A DNA stretch of 64,000 nt from Eledone cirrhosa. Lineage: Eukaryota. The translations under genes were made by a program, and so were the position numbers. The notes below the pieces were generated by a model that was given only the letters and a program-made list of their open reading frames with translations, was not told the origin of the DNA and searched no databases. Location: positions 40,796,001 through 40,860,000 of the forward strand of contig OZ024749.1 in assembly GCA_964016885.1 (NCBI GenBank), in the 5' to 3' direction. Shown here piece by piece: positions 1-14,409 of this stretch (the stretch's first letter is position 1; each line of letters begins with the position of its first letter).

Positions 1-254
1 GGAAAGAAACAGTGCAGTTATAAATAAGAAGAGTTGAAATTAATGCATGCAAGATTTCACTGCTCTAGCATCAATCCTTTATAGTCAGCCTATGAACTTT
101 TCAGCCCACCTTCCTTCTTCTCAAACACATTAAATATAAATCGTCTCCTCCGCCTCCCTTTCCCATCCCCACCCCAACTCTTTAGTTAGTTAAGTCTGCT
201 TCATTCATTCATAGAAAATTTCTTATCTTGTTATTTACTGAACAAATTACATCC

Positions 255-2195
255 ATACCACTACACACACACACACATACAACACCACACCATAAACACG
301 CACACCACATACCGCACCATACACACACACACACACATGCCATACCACACCATACACACACACACACCACTACACCTCTCTCTCTCACACATGCCATACC
401 ACACCACACACACACACACACACACACACACCACTACACATCTCTCTCACGCATGCCATATACCACACACACACACCACTACACATCTCTCTCACGCATG
501 CCATATACCACACACACCACTACACATCTCTCTCACACATGCCATATACCACACACACACACACCACTACACATCTCTCATACACACACATGGCATAACA
601 CCACATACCACACCATACACACACACACACACCACTACACCTCTCTCTCACACATGCCATACCACACCAAACAACACCACACACACACACCACTACACAT
701 CTCTCATACACACACATGCCATAACACCACATACCACACCATACACACACCACTACACCTCTCTCTCACACATGCCATACCACACCAAACAACACCACAC
801 ACACACACCACTACACATCTCTCATACACACACATGCCATAACACCACATACCACATACCACACCATACACACACACACACACACCACTACACCTCTCTC
901 ACACATGCCATACCACACCAAACAACACCACACACACACACACCACTACACATCTCTCATACACACACATGCCATAACACCATATACCACACCATACACA
1001 CACACACACACACACACCACTACACCTCTCTCTCACACATGCCATACCACACCACACACACTACACCTCTATCACACATACACACCATATATACACACAT
1101 ACACACATGCCACACACACCACACCACACATACACACCATATATACACACATGCCACACTACACCTCTATCACACATACACACCATATATACACACACAC
1201 CACACATACACACATGCCACACCACACATACACACACACCACACCACACCACATATACACACACACCACACCACACCACATATACCCACATGCCATACCA
1301 CATACACACATGCCACACACTACACCTCTATCACACATACACACGTGCCACACACTACACCTCTATCACACATACACACCATATATACACACACACCACA
1401 CATACACACATGCCACACCACACCACACACTACACCTCTATCACACATACACACCATATATACACACACACCACACATACACACATGCCACACCACACCA
1501 CACTACACCATATATACACACACACCACACATACACACATGCCACACCACACATACACACACACCACATATACACACATGCCATACCACACACACACTAC
1601 ACCTCTATCACACATACACACATGCCACACACTACACCTCTATCACACATACACACGTGCCACACACTACACCTCTATCACACATACACACCATATATAC
1701 ACACACACCACACATACACACATGCCACACCACACCACACACTACACCTCTATCACACATACACACCATATATACACACACACCACACATACACACATGC
1801 CACACCACACCACACTACACCATATATACACACACACCACACATACACACATGCCACACCACACATACACACACACCACATATACACACATGCCATACCA
1901 CACACACACTACACCTCTATCACACATACACACATGCCACACACTACACCTCTATCACACATACACACGTGCCACACACTACACCTCTATCACACATACA
2001 CACCATATATACACACACACCACACATACACACATGCCACACCACACCACACACTACACCTCTATCACACATACACACCATATATACACACACACCACAC
2101 ATACACACATGCCACACCACACCACACCACACCACACCACACTACACCATATATACACACACCACACATACACACATGCCACACCACACCACATA
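255..2195. repeat. CA-rich compound satellite with higher-order ~312-bp period in its distal half
   Basis: Sub-units ACTACACCTCT / CACATGCCA; identical - strand ORFs at 1430 and 1742 show 312-bp spacing. Confidence 0.9.
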
Positions 2196-2306
2196 TATAG
2201 TAGATATATATTTACTTAACAGTAAATAAAAGTGTGGATTTATTTATATATTTTAAAGTTTTATAACACTTCTTACTGTAATCTTAGTCTCCCCCTCCTT
2301 CCACCA

Positions 2307-2682
2307 TTCTCTTCTTCTTCTTCTTCTTCAGCTTCTTCAGCTTCTTCTTCTTCTTCAGCTTCTTCAGCTTCTTCTTCTTCTTCAGCTTCTTCTTCTTCTT
2401 CAGCTTTTTCTTCTTCTTCAGCTTCTGCTTCTTCAGCTTCTTCTTCTTCTTCTTCAGCTTCTGCTTCAGCTTCTTCTTCTTCAGCTTCTTCTTCAGCTTC
2501 TTCTTCAGCTTCTGCTTCTTCAGCTTCTTCTTCTGCTTCAGCTTCTTCTTCTTCAGCTTCTTCTTCTTCAGCTTCTTCTTCTTCTTCAGCTTCTTCTTCT
2601 TCAGCTTCTTCTTCTTCTTCAGCTTCTGCTTCTTCAGTTTCTTCTTCTTCTTCAGCTTCTGCTTCTTCAGCTTCCTCTTCTC
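2307..2682. repeat. (TTC)n/(CAGCTT) compound microsatellite
   Basis: Direct reading; yields spurious poly-S/A ORF. Confidence 0.95.
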
Positions 2683-4394
2683 TTCCTTCTCTTTGTTACA
2701 GAGAAAGTCTGACTTTTTCTAAATGGAAACTTGCCATTTCTATAGACATAACACGCTTTTGTTCTCTCTCTCTCTCTCTCTCTCCACCCCCTCTCTCTCA
2801 TTCAATTTTCTAATGGTGCTGTTGTACTGGTGGTAATTGTGATTGTTGTTGTTGTTGTGGTGGTGATATTGTTAATGATAATGGTAATGGCTGTGCTATA
2901 GTGGTGGTAGAGGTTGTAGTAATGGTAGTGGTAGTTGTAGTAATGGTGATAGTGGTAGTAATGGTTATGGTGAGGTATTGATTGTTTTGGTTATAATGTT
3001 AGTAGCAGTAGTAGTAGTAGTCATTGCTGGTGATGTTGTTTTGCAGAGTTCCTGTGTCTTTTGTTTTGTGGATTCAGAAGAAAAAGACCCTCCTCTCCCC
3101 CCATTGGAACAATGAGACCACAAGAGAATGGGGGTGGTGGGGTGGTTATTTTATTTACTAGAAAGATATTTTTGTTATTTTTTTCTATATATATTGAAAT
3201 ATTTGCTTCTCACCCTCCCACCTTTTCAGGTGTGCTTGTAGGTAAATAATGTGTGATTTAGTAGTTGGTACAGCCACATCCTTTTAACTGGCGGTACTTA
3301 CATAGCCCCACTTACACACACACACACACACTTTGTCATACACATACTTTCAGGGTCACATTTGCACATTCACATTCATAGACTCATATTCACATACACT
3401 CACACACACACTCAAGCATGCACATTCAAACACATTCACTCTCTCACACACACACTCAAGCACACACATTCACTTACACACATTCAAGCATGCACATTCA
3501 CTCACACACTAATATACACAGTTAATCAAATTAATGGTGGATTGATCCACTAACCATTGACTTTCATCGTAACCAGTTTATCTTTCTCTCTACAAAGTAT
3601 CGCTTCTTATCTATCACTCTGCCTTCATCTATCGATATGTCTTGCCTCTATCCTTTGACTTTCTTCCTCTTTCTCTCTCTCTCTATTCATTCTCTTTTTT
3701 TTTTGTCTCTTCTTCCCATTTTTTTCTCCCCACCCATCCCTTTTTATCAGTTATTTAGGGAGAGAAAGGCAATGCTCTCTTCAGAGACCCCTTCTCTGAG
3801 ACAGGTGAGAAGAAGAGAGTGAGAAAGTTATCTCCAAACCATAGGCATGGCCTGAAAGCTAGCAACAGGGTGGACTCTGCTAGAAGCAACCACCCAAGGG
3901 CCAGGTGGTGAATTAAATCTATCACCCTATAGGCCAGGGCAGGATTTAACCATGAAACTTGTGTAGTAAATTATATAACTTAAGTACTGTATAAAGATCA
4001 CAGTCAGCTTTATTATTGGTATTAAGTTCTTTTTACAGTATATTCTTTTCTTTATTTCTTTACTGGTGTTAGTCATTAGACTGTGGCCACGCTGGGGTAC
4101 TTCCTTGAGAATTAGTCCTGTTTTATTTTTGTTCAAGTTTAGTAGTTATATTATTGATCTCATTTTGTCAAGTTACAAGACATAAACAAATGTGGATGGA
4201 CATATACACACGTGTGTGGGCTTCTGTACAGTTTCTGCCCCCACCACATTACTATATATTGTATAATAACAGTAATTATAAATGATCATCAATTGACAAG
4301 ATTCCAGACCCCATTCTCTTACTGAGTGGGGTGGAGCTCATCCAATTGTTTCCATTGGTCTTTCCAATTAATACTATCTACCAGTCGCAACTCC

Positions 4395-4520
4395 TGGCAG
4401 GTGCAATGTGAAATAAAGTGTCTTGCTCAAGGACATAACACATCGCCCGGTCTGGGAATCGAACTCGCAACCTCACAATTATGAATCCAATTCTCTAACC
4501 ATTAAGCCACATTTCTTCAC
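4395..4520 (-). mobile_element. 5' part of the same SINE family
   Basis: Reverse-complement A/B boxes and CCTTGAGCAAGACACTTTATTTCACATTG. Confidence 0.7.
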
Positions 4521-4741
4521 TGTAACTATAATTTCTGATTTAGGGGCTTATGAGGGAAGAGGAAAGTCGATTAAATTGACCCCAGTGCATTACTGGTACT
4601 TTATTTTATCAACCCTGTAATCATAATGATAATAAATTGTAAATTAAAATCTATAAATGTTTGTGACTGAATGGCAACGAAGTTTCGTTCAATGTCATTT
4701 CCGTCTCTTTCTTTGTTTCTCTTGCAGGATTAACTGAATGA

Positions 4742-4888
<147 letters not shown>

Positions 4889-5470
4889 TGAGTGATACAC
4901 TTTTCTTTTTTAGGTGGGGGTGCTGATTTGCTAGTGGTGTCCTCTTTCACCTGTGTGGTGTGTGTCTGTGATCTAGGTGTTATCTGTAGATCATAGCCAC
5001 CTGAAAGAATGTATGTCTGCCAAAACATATAACCAACACTATCGGCATGTGACATGTCTGTACAGAATGCCAATTGTCTTGATTCTGTATTGCATTTAAC
5101 TGAAAAAAGACATTTCTGTAAACCATCACTTTGCAGCTCATAAATTACAATACACATGGATACAGTGCATCTATATTAAGAATGAAAGGGACTGGGTGAG
5201 AGGAGTGATAGAAATGAATGGGGAAGAAAGTCAAGGAAGGGGAAGACCAAGAAATGCATGGCTAAAGATGATAGAGTAGAAAAGGAAAGATGGTGACAGG
5301 ATGTACAGCTGATAAGGAAAATGGAAGAACCTGCCATCCTCCTTCCCTGTATCCCATGGAAGATGGCCTTAACTTGTTTTGAATGTCTATGTACATAAGC
5401 ATATACACACACCCTTTTTATTTAACAATTGGGTTTTTTTATTTTTGTGATTTTATTTTGTTTCAATGGT

Positions 5471-6160
5471 ATTTTAATACTGGACATAGTGTTACCTGAT
5501 GTTGCTTTGAAAATAGAGTGAAATGATTTGAAGAAACGTTATTTTAATACTGGACATAGTGTTACCTGATGTTGCTTTGAAAATAGGGTGAAATGATTTG
5601 AAGAAACGTTATTTTAATACTGGACATAGTGTTACCTGATGTTGCTTTGAAAATAGAGTGAAATGATTTGAAGAAACGTTATTTTAATATTGGACATAGT
5701 GTTACCTGATGTTGCTTTGAAAATAGAGTGAAATGATTTGAAGAAACGTTATTTTAATATTGGACATAGTGTTACCTGATGTTGCTTTGAAAATACAGTG
5801 AAATGATTTGAAGAAACGTTATTTTAATACTGGACATAGTGTTACCTGATGTTGCTTTGAAAATACAGTGAAATGATTTGAAGAAACGTTATTTTAATAT
5901 TGGACATAGTGTTACCTGATGTTGCTTTGAAAATAGAGTGAAATGATTTGAAGAAACTTTATTTTAATATTGGACATAGTGTTACCTGATGTTGCTTTGA
6001 AAATAGAGTGAAATGATTTGAAGAAACGTTATTTTAATACTGGACATAGTGTTACCTGATGTTGCTTTGAAAATAGAGTGAAATGATTTGAAGAAACGTT
6101 ATTTTAATACTGGACATAGTGTTACCTGATGTTGCTTTGAAAATAGAGTGAAATGATTTG
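5471..6160. repeat. 70-bp minisatellite, ~10 copies
   Basis: ATTTTAATACTGGACATAGTGTTACCTGATGTTGCTTTGAAAATAGAGTGAAATGATTTGAAGAAACGTT at 5541, 5611, 5681 ... Confidence 0.95.
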
Positions 6161-7443
6161 AGTCCTAGTCTTATGGACTTTGAAACGCTAGGTTGAGTTT
6201 TGGCTTCCGTTGAGAAGGGAGGAGGAATGGAATCTGAGGCTAGCAAGCTTACTTCATCAGTCAACATTACTACAGAAACAATGAGCAGATACCTGGCATG
6301 GGAGCAGGCCCATCGCAAGACTTGCAACTGTGAGATAATGAAGGAACGTGGCTAGTTGGGACTTTCTTTATCTAATGCTCCATGGAGGGTGAAAGGAGTT
6401 ATAGAAGATTTTTATTTCAGAAACTTTTGTATTTTTGTTTTTACAGACGTGTGTGTGTGTATGTTGTGTATTGTATGTGTGTACGTTGTGTGCTGTGTGA
6501 GTATATGTTGGGTGGTGAGAGCTGACCTCAAATCACTGAGATTCAGAGTAAAGGACAAAGGAACGCAGCAAGTGGAGAGATGTTGTGCTGAGATGGACCC
6601 GTCCAACCCATGCAAGTGGGGAGAAACAGGTGTAAAAACGATAACGATGATGATGATGATGATGATGTTGATGATGATTAATTTGCAGATATAATTATGT
6701 GTGTTTGTACATATTCCATTTCACCTCACCTGCGAATGTCTGTAGCGAGGGAGGGGAGGGGAGGGGGGGTCTGCCTATCTATGTATGTTTGTGTCAGAAC
6801 CCCCTCCTCCCACATACACACACCATACCACCTCACCTTCTGTGCTACATAAGCTGTTTCCCTAATTCTACTTAAGATTAATATCTGTTGTTGCCATGAC
6901 AACCTGTGAACTGTTTTGACTTGGACCGTGAGGGGGGGGGGGTGATTTTTGAGAAGGAGAGAACTTCTATAGCAACAGTGGGTGATGTGTATGAGGGGGG
7001 GGGGGGTAACATGGAGACACTTTAGCTGTGTGTGAAATACATTTACACTTTCATTGCCACATTAATTAAATTAAATGCATTGTATTTTATTTAATTAATG
7101 AGTAATTAGGTGACATTGACTAAAATTATTAATTATTTCTTTAATAAGATGTATCAGACAACATGCTAAGGTTAGCTTTGCTTTTCATCCTTACAGGGTC
7201 AATAAAATAAAGTTCCAGTGGGGGTTATCAGAGCGTTGGTATAATTAATTGCAGTATCTTTTCTAGTTTGGCACATTCGAGTTCAAATCCCACACTCTCT
7301 TTAACACACACTTGGTCGGCAGGACCGTTAGGCCTAAAATCAGCGTAGTTTGCTGAGGTTTAACCCAGGGATGCAGGGGTATATTGATAACGTCTGGGAA
7401 GGAATACAACATATATTTATTTCCTTTATCCCTAGATAATAAC

Positions 7444-7625
7444 TGTTTCTACTTTAGGCACAAGGCCAGCAATTACCCAGTGCATTACTGGTACTTTATT
7501 TTATCGACCCCGTAAGGATGAAAGGCAAAGTCAACCTCAGCGGGATTTGAACTTAGATCGTAAAGGGACGTAACTATGCTGGAAAGCATGGCGTCTGACC
7601 CTCTACCGATACTGCCAATCCACCT
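7444..7625 (-). mobile_element. Second tRNA-like SINE family
   Basis: GTTCAAATCCCGC..GGTTGACTTTGCCTTTCATCCTTACGGGGTCGATAAAATAAAGTACCAG; near-identical copies at 55022-55206(-), 55468-55605(-), 32518-32652(+), 36202-36395(+). Confidence 0.8.
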
Positions 7626-8889
7626 AGATAATAACACTGGCAGGATTTGATAGGAAATAAGTTCTGTTTTTATCTGGTACTTCCATTAACACTTTCATAA
7701 CCACATTTCTTATGAAAGACACTGCACATGATTTTTAAATGATTTTGAAAATATAATTATGATGGATGGTTTTTAGATAAATATACACACTTTAACCCTT
7801 TCATTTCCATATTTCTCATGAAAGACACTTCATATGATGGATTATTTTTAGATAAATATACACGTTAGCCCTTCCGTTTCCATATTTCTCATGAAAGACA
7901 CCTCATATGATGGATGGTTTTTAGATCAATATACGTACTTTAACTCTTTCATTTGCTTATTTCTCATGAAAGACACTGCTTATGATTTTGAAAATATAAT
8001 TATGATAGATGGTTTTTAGGTAAATATGAATATTTTAACACTTTCCCAATCATGAGCATCATTGTTTAATGACTATTTGGATGTGTCTACATGTGAGAAC
8101 ACATATCTGAGGAGCTTTCGATTCCAGAGTCAGGAACAAACATAATCAATCATTGCTTGAGCTGACCGGCAGTGAAACGTATGTAATATGTAATTAAATA
8201 TGTATATGATGCAACACTGATACTTTGTTCCCTAATTATTATATATATATACACACACACATGCATGTTGTATATTCGCTGTATAAATCAAAGTCCATGT
8301 AAAGTCATACCACATTTCTACAAAACTATGATATAAAACCCAGCACGTAACTTATACATGTGTATATATATTTATGTGTCTGTGTATGTATATTTATATT
8401 ACAATCATCATCACCACTGTTTTATACCTATTTCCCTTGCTGGCATGGATATTAGACTGGGTGTCACCAGCTGAGATTAGACAGGTCAGATGACAATGTC
8501 TTGCTCATACACTCCAGTTTTGCATGGCTTCTACAGCAGGTGCCTTCCTAATGCCAACCACTTCACAGCATGTAATGGGTGCATTTTATCGTAGCACCAG
8601 CACTACCACATTATACTGTGTACTGGGTGCATTTATTGTGTTATCAGCACTCTTGCTCCCCTACAGTGCTGGTGTCACAACAAAAAACCACCCAGTTCAA
8701 CCTGTAAGGTCGTCATGCTAGTACCATGAAAAGAATTCCCAGTATTTGCTGTAATGTAGTTGACATTAAGAAGGGCATCGAAACAGAAAAAATCAAGCCA
8801 AGATCTTATAAGATTATGAGAGTGATGACTGGACTTGACAAGTCTCGTGACAGCTCATCTAACTGATTCAAGTAAGGAAAATACATTAA

Positions 8890-9103
8890 CCCTTTAGCAT
8901 TTACATTACTCTATATATACTATTATTATATTTTCATGGTCAAGGCTTTACCTCACATAATTATCTCACATAATATTGAATCTATAAGATTTTGATATTA
9001 TTTAGGTTGAGAACAATACCTTAACATCAGTATGAATGGCCAGTTATAGTCGGTTTGAACAGAAAGAGATGAGATAATTCTGGCCGGTTTGAATGCTAAA
9101 GGG
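8890..9103. mobile_element. piggyBac-type MITE
   Basis: TTAA|CCCTTTAGCATT ... AATGCTAAAGGG|TTAA; second copy 26286-26491. Confidence 0.85.
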
Positions 9104-9502
9104 TTAAATGGTATCATCATCATCATCGTTTAACGTCCATCTTCCACGCTTGCATGGGTTTGGACGGGAGTTTTCCCACTTGGGGCAAGATTGGTTGTCC
9201 TGCTCGTATAGGACTGTCTGGCGGGTTTTCTATGGCTGGATGCCCTTCCCAACACCAACCACGTTTACAGTGTGGACTGGGAGGTGTTTACCGTGTTACC
9301 TACACGGCCACATTACAGCGTGGATTTATATACACACATATATATATAAACCCATAAACACACGTTTCCCCGGTGTATTGAGTACAAAGATTTCTGTTGC
9401 AGCTGAAGTAATCAATATAGTATAGTTGATGCTGCAGTGTGTGTTGCAGCTACACACCTGCTGCATGGATGTTGTTGTCGGTATGCCCCAGCTGGTCCTC
9501 AA

Positions 9503-9955
9503 TACCACCACCACCACCACCACCACTACTACTACTATTACTATTATTACTACTACAACTACTATTACCACCACCACTACTACTACCACCACCACCACCA
9601 CTACTATTACTATTATTACTACTACAACTACTACTACTATTACCACTACTACCACCACCACCACTACTACTACTATTACTATTATTACTACTACAACTAC
9701 TACTACTATTACCACTACTACCACCACCACCACCACCACTACTACTACTATTACTATTATTACTACTACAACTACTACTACTATTACCACTACTATCACC
9801 ACCACCACCACCACCACCACTACTACTACTATTACTATTATTACTACTACAACTACTATTACCACCACTACTACTACCACCACTACTACCACCACCTCTA
9901 TTACTACTACAACCACTACTACTACTACTACTATTGTTACAACTACTATTATTAC
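9503..9955. repeat. (ACC/ACT/ATT)n compound trinucleotide array with ~60-bp higher-order unit
   Basis: Direct reading. Confidence 0.9.
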
Positions 9956-10679
9956 TGACTGTGGTGACCAGGTGATGCAGGTGGGGGTGGGGTATCAAGG
10001 TAATTCCTTACTACACTCCTCCTCCTTTTCATTCTCCTCATCCTCATCCTCATCTATTAACCAGCTATTAGGAGGTATCACTAGATCATAGCAGTGTTGG
10101 TGCTAGCGATGGTGGTGGTGATGATTATGTTCCAGTTTTGGTATAGTTTCTACAGCTGGATGCTCTTCTTATCACCAACCACTTTACAGAGTGTACTGTG
10201 TGCATTTTATCTTGACTCCAGCACTAGGGAGGTGTTGTCACCTCCTGGACACAACTGATAAGTCATCTCAACCCTTTGTCTGGCATGTTATATATGGCTG
10301 GAGGCTCTTCCTAACACCAACAACCACTTTACAGAGTTTACTGGGTGCATATATATATATATATATATATAATATAAATGAAAATATAGAAATTAATGTG
10401 AGCAAGAAGCCAACAGTATTTCATAATATATAAGTGACTATAACGTCAAAATGGAAAATAATTAACGTAAGATATGGGAAAATAATTCAAACTCAATTCA
10501 AAAAAATCAAGACAGAGATTTTATCCACAGATTTTATGAAATCCGGGGAAAAAAACCAATAGTCTTAACTCAGAATAAAATAAAGTTTAAATACTCATCC
10601 TTCAATTTGGAAAAACTACAAATGCTCTATATAGTCTTAAAAAGACTATTTCACGAAACTTTTCAGTGGTATTAGTCAC

Positions 10680-10729
<50 letters not shown>

Positions 10730-10745
10730 AAATATATATATATAT

Positions 10746-10929
10746 GCTGAAAAGTTCATAGGCTGACCAAGATACTCTCATGGAATGACCAAATTAGGTT
10801 TATCTTTCAACATAGTCTTTAGAAAGAAATAATGCAGTTAAGAAAAATAATAAGAGATGAAATTAATGCATGCAAGATTTCACAGTGCTAGCATCACTAC
10901 TACATAGTCAGCCTATGAACTTTTCAGCC
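10746..10929. mobile_element. MITE with ~22-bp TIRs (mariner-like)
   Basis: GCTGAAAAGTTCATAGGCTGAC ... GTCAGCCTATGAACTTTTTCAGC; right half repeated at 1-107. Confidence 0.7.
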
Positions 10930-11237
10930 AACCCTCATACATATATATATATCTGGCAGAGCATATGACAACCTTTCTATTGCTGGTGACATAACAGTGC
11001 CAAAGTGGTTGGCATTAGGAAAGACACACAGCTGTAAAAACCAAGCCAAACATGGAACGTATGAGTAAAATGAGGTCTCCTTGATTTGTCTATTCTTGAA
11101 CCGGGACAACCATGGGAAAATGGAAGTAAGAAGAATGATGATATATGTATATATGTATGTATAGATGTGTGTGTGTATGTTTACATATATATATATATCA
11201 TCGTCATCGTTTAACGTCCATTTTCCATATATATATA

Positions 11238-11277
<40 letters not shown>

Positions 11278-11521
11278 AGCATGACCAAAAATTAAGATGT
11301 TCTCTGGTGGCTGGTTTCTTCATGGATGACAAATATTGTCAGTTGACATGAATCAGATTGTCTCAGCCAGCCACCATGTCATAAACAGGTTTGGACAGGT
11401 AGACCAGGTATTCAGTGGTTTCTTAAGCATGAAGATGGTCTTTTATTTAAATATTGACACAGAGAACGTTGACAGGCTTCACACAGTGACTTACAACATT
11501 ATGTACACACACATATACATA

Positions 11522-11596
11522 CAGGGTGTCCCAAAAACATGTATACACACTTCAACAGCATTCTAATAAAAGTATGTATACATTCGGGACACCCTG
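11522..11596. mobile_element. Tiny Tc1/mariner-type MITE
   Basis: TA|CAGGGTGTCCC ... GGGACACCCTG|TA; decayed relative at 61222-61290. Confidence 0.75.
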
Positions 11597-11869
11597 TATA
11601 TATAAATATACAATGTTAAACAAGGAAAGAATTTTTAAAAAATGTGTGGTAATTAATCCATTGTTTTATGGATGTTTCAGAGAGCAAAAGTATATATTTC
11701 TGAGGAAAGACATCAGAATAGATGTGTTTTTTCAAGGTAGATGGTATGAAATTACATAGCTACCATCAGTGAGCAGTCTAACTGGTGGTAGCTACGTAAT
11801 TCCATACCATCAGCCTTGAAAGGGCACATTTATTCTGCTGTCTTCTTTCTTTTAGTATATATATATATT

Positions 11870-12025
11870 TTTTTAGTATAAATAGAAGCTTTTGCTCCAT
11901 TTTAGCCTGAAAGTGGGGTTTTAAACCCCACTTTCACGCTAAAATTTCTTTAGTCAAAAATGCAGTGAAAGTTTCTATTGATACTAAATTTCAAACTTTG
12001 CTTGCTGTTTCAAAATAAACTTACA
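11870..12025. mobile_element. Palindromic MITE-like repeat
   Basis: ATTTTAGCCTGAAAGTGGGG..CCCCACTTTCACGCTAAAAT hairpin; related copy 17605-17725. Confidence 0.6.
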
Positions 12026-12198
12026 TATATATCTATCTTGGCACTCCATCGGTTACAACGATGAGTGTTCCAGTTGATATGATCAACAGAACAGCCTCCT
12101 TGTGAAATTAACATACAAGTGGGGTACCCTTAATGTAGTTTTCAGGGAGATTCAGCATGCCACAAACTGTGACATGGCTGGCCCTTCGCATTACATTT

Positions 12199-12229
<31 letters not shown>

Positions 12230-12289
12230 AATATATATCATCATCATATGTACACACACATATATATATATATACACACATATATATAT

Positions 12290-12336
<47 letters not shown>

Positions 12337-13446
12337 TACATACACACACACAGGTGATAGACTTCCTCATATTTTCCCTCTACCAAGTTCACCTACAAGT
12401 CATTGGTATGCTCGAGGCTATAGTAGAAGATACTTGTTCCTGTTGCCAAAAATTGAACACTAAACTACAAGGTTGAAACAAAGAGAACATTTTAATTACA
12501 CAGCCATGTTCTGCATCACCTATAGCAGCCAACCATGTCATAAACAGGTTTGTACAGGTAGACCAGGTATTGACAAGAGATAAGCATCACCCTGTGTCTT
12601 GAGAGTTCTGAGTAAATATTTATTTTCATGTCTTCTAAGTTGGCAGATTTAGTGGTAACTGCTTGTGTGTTTGATATTTAGCGTATAAAATATATGTAGT
12701 TATATATATATTGTGTAGTACAGGTAGCATGTGTGTTTGTAGTCAGATAGTGGTAGACAGGCTATTAACAAAGAGATAGTTTGGGAGCGAGGAATGGGAG
12801 AGAAATATTTATGGTGTAGCTATATGTTTGCTGTGTAAATGTATGTGCGTGATCCCAACCTCGACCCCCCCAGCTATACCTCCCTAGCCAGACCAAAAAC
12901 ACTGAGCACCCAGTCCACTCTGTAAGGTGGTAGTGTTGGAGTCACATGCTGTAAAGTGTTTAGTGTTAGGAAGGTATCCAACCATAGAATCCATGCTCCC
13001 AGTACATGCTGTAAAGTGGTTGGCATTAGGGAAGGCATCAAGCTGTAGAATGTATGGTCGCTAACTGTAATCCTAACACATGCTGTAAAGTGGCTGATAT
13101 TAGGAAGAGTATTCAGCCATAGAAACCAACCAAAGCATGCAAGCAAGACCTAGTCACCTGACTGGTCTCACCTAAGCGGGCAACAGCTATCTAACCCATA
13201 CAAGCATGGAAAATAGATGTTAAATGGTAATAATACACACATATATAATGTAAATACATACACACACACACCACACACCACACACACCACACACACCACA
13301 CGCACGCACACACACACACACACACATTTCATTACTGCCATCATTTTAAAATTGGGGTTTCACCAGGCTTACATGAGTAGCTGTTTTTCTCCTGCAGAAA
13401 GGGAGAAGTTAGTAACTTAACACTTTTTGGACATATTTGTTTTAGG

Positions 13447-13757
13447 TCTTCTTCTTCTTCTTCTTTGTCCACTTATTTCTGAGAGGGTCATGGGGGCAGA
13501 GTCCTCAAACACTCCTTCCAGCAGGTCCTGTCAGAAGCAAGCGTGTTGCTCAGGTTCTACTCCTGGGTCTCCTGCCAGCTGGTTTTGCCCGTAAAATCTG
13601 TCCAGTGATTCTTTCCTGAGACATTCTAACTACATGCCCATAGTATTGGAGCTGTGATCTCTCAATTTGGAGAACTGGAGTGACTCTCTGATCTCCGAGT
13701 TACTCACTTTATCGAGTAACGTTACTCCAAAGATCCTTCGATGGAATCCCATTTCGG
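13447..13757 (-). mobile_element. Decayed RTE LINE 3' end with (GAA)n tail
   Basis: EMGFHRRIFGVTLLDKVSNSEIRESL; same 3' tail at 18097-18240. Confidence 0.6.
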
Positions 13758-14105
13758 TTTTAGTTAATTTAAAAAATAAAATCAAGAATTTAAAGGGATT
13801 TAGTAATATAACTAACTTTCTCATTATTAAGCTGGTGTTTGGAACATAACTTAACAAATGTACTTATGTAAAATCATGACAAGTTTTCAATTTAAATATA
13901 AACACAGTGGATAATTTTGTATCAGAAGACCAAGGGTTATTTCAGGCAGGGCAGTATCAACAGGGTTGAACCTATTTATAGTAAACCAGAGCATCTAGTT
14001 TTCCTAATGAGTCATAAAATATGTCTTTTACTTATATATTTCATTCCCAAACACTTCACCACTGCCATGGCACCACTCCCCTATCTCTCTCTCCACACAC
14101 GCACG

Positions 14106-14150
<45 letters not shown>

Positions 14151-14362
14151 TAGATATTGACCTCACAACACACCATTCAAAACTATATAATTATATTACA
14201 ATATGTATATTGCATGCTGTTGATATAAACAAACTCTGACCTCAAATGAAATGTTTAAAATACAAAGAACTCGCTAGCACATGTTGTAAGGTCAACAACC
14301 TCTATATGTGTATATATATGTCATTTTTATATTCTCTTTTTCAGACTTGTTTCAGTTGTAAT

Positions 14363-14409
<47 letters not shown>

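Noticed and set aside
209-2229. His/Thr-rich ORFs up to 630 aa
   Set aside because: CA-rich satellite open in all three frames; intronic to AMMECR1.
2232-2813. Poly-Ser/Ala ORF
   Set aside because: (TTC)/(CAGCTT) microsatellite with no splice or homology support.
3047-3120. TTGCAG followed by SSCVFCFVD, superficially like the AMMECR1 N-terminal CxxCF motif
   Set aside because: In-frame TGA follows, no suitable donor, and the remaining conserved residues are absent; the true exon probably lies upstream of the window.
5471-6160. Regular repeats resembling a CRISPR array (also 19325-19800, 19925-20370)
   Set aside because: No unique spacers, eukaryotic intron context, no cas genes.
6240-6262. 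Minus-strand CTGATGA followed by a small hairpin
   Set aside because: No GAAA or NUH in the required positions.
9326-10091. Poly-T/P/L/V/Y ORFs
   Set aside because: Trinucleotide array open in several frames.
10615-10670. Minus-strand hammerhead-like CTGAAAA..GAAA-TAGTC..GACTA-TA
   Set aside because: Core mismatch, no convincing stem II or stem I; at best a decayed relic.
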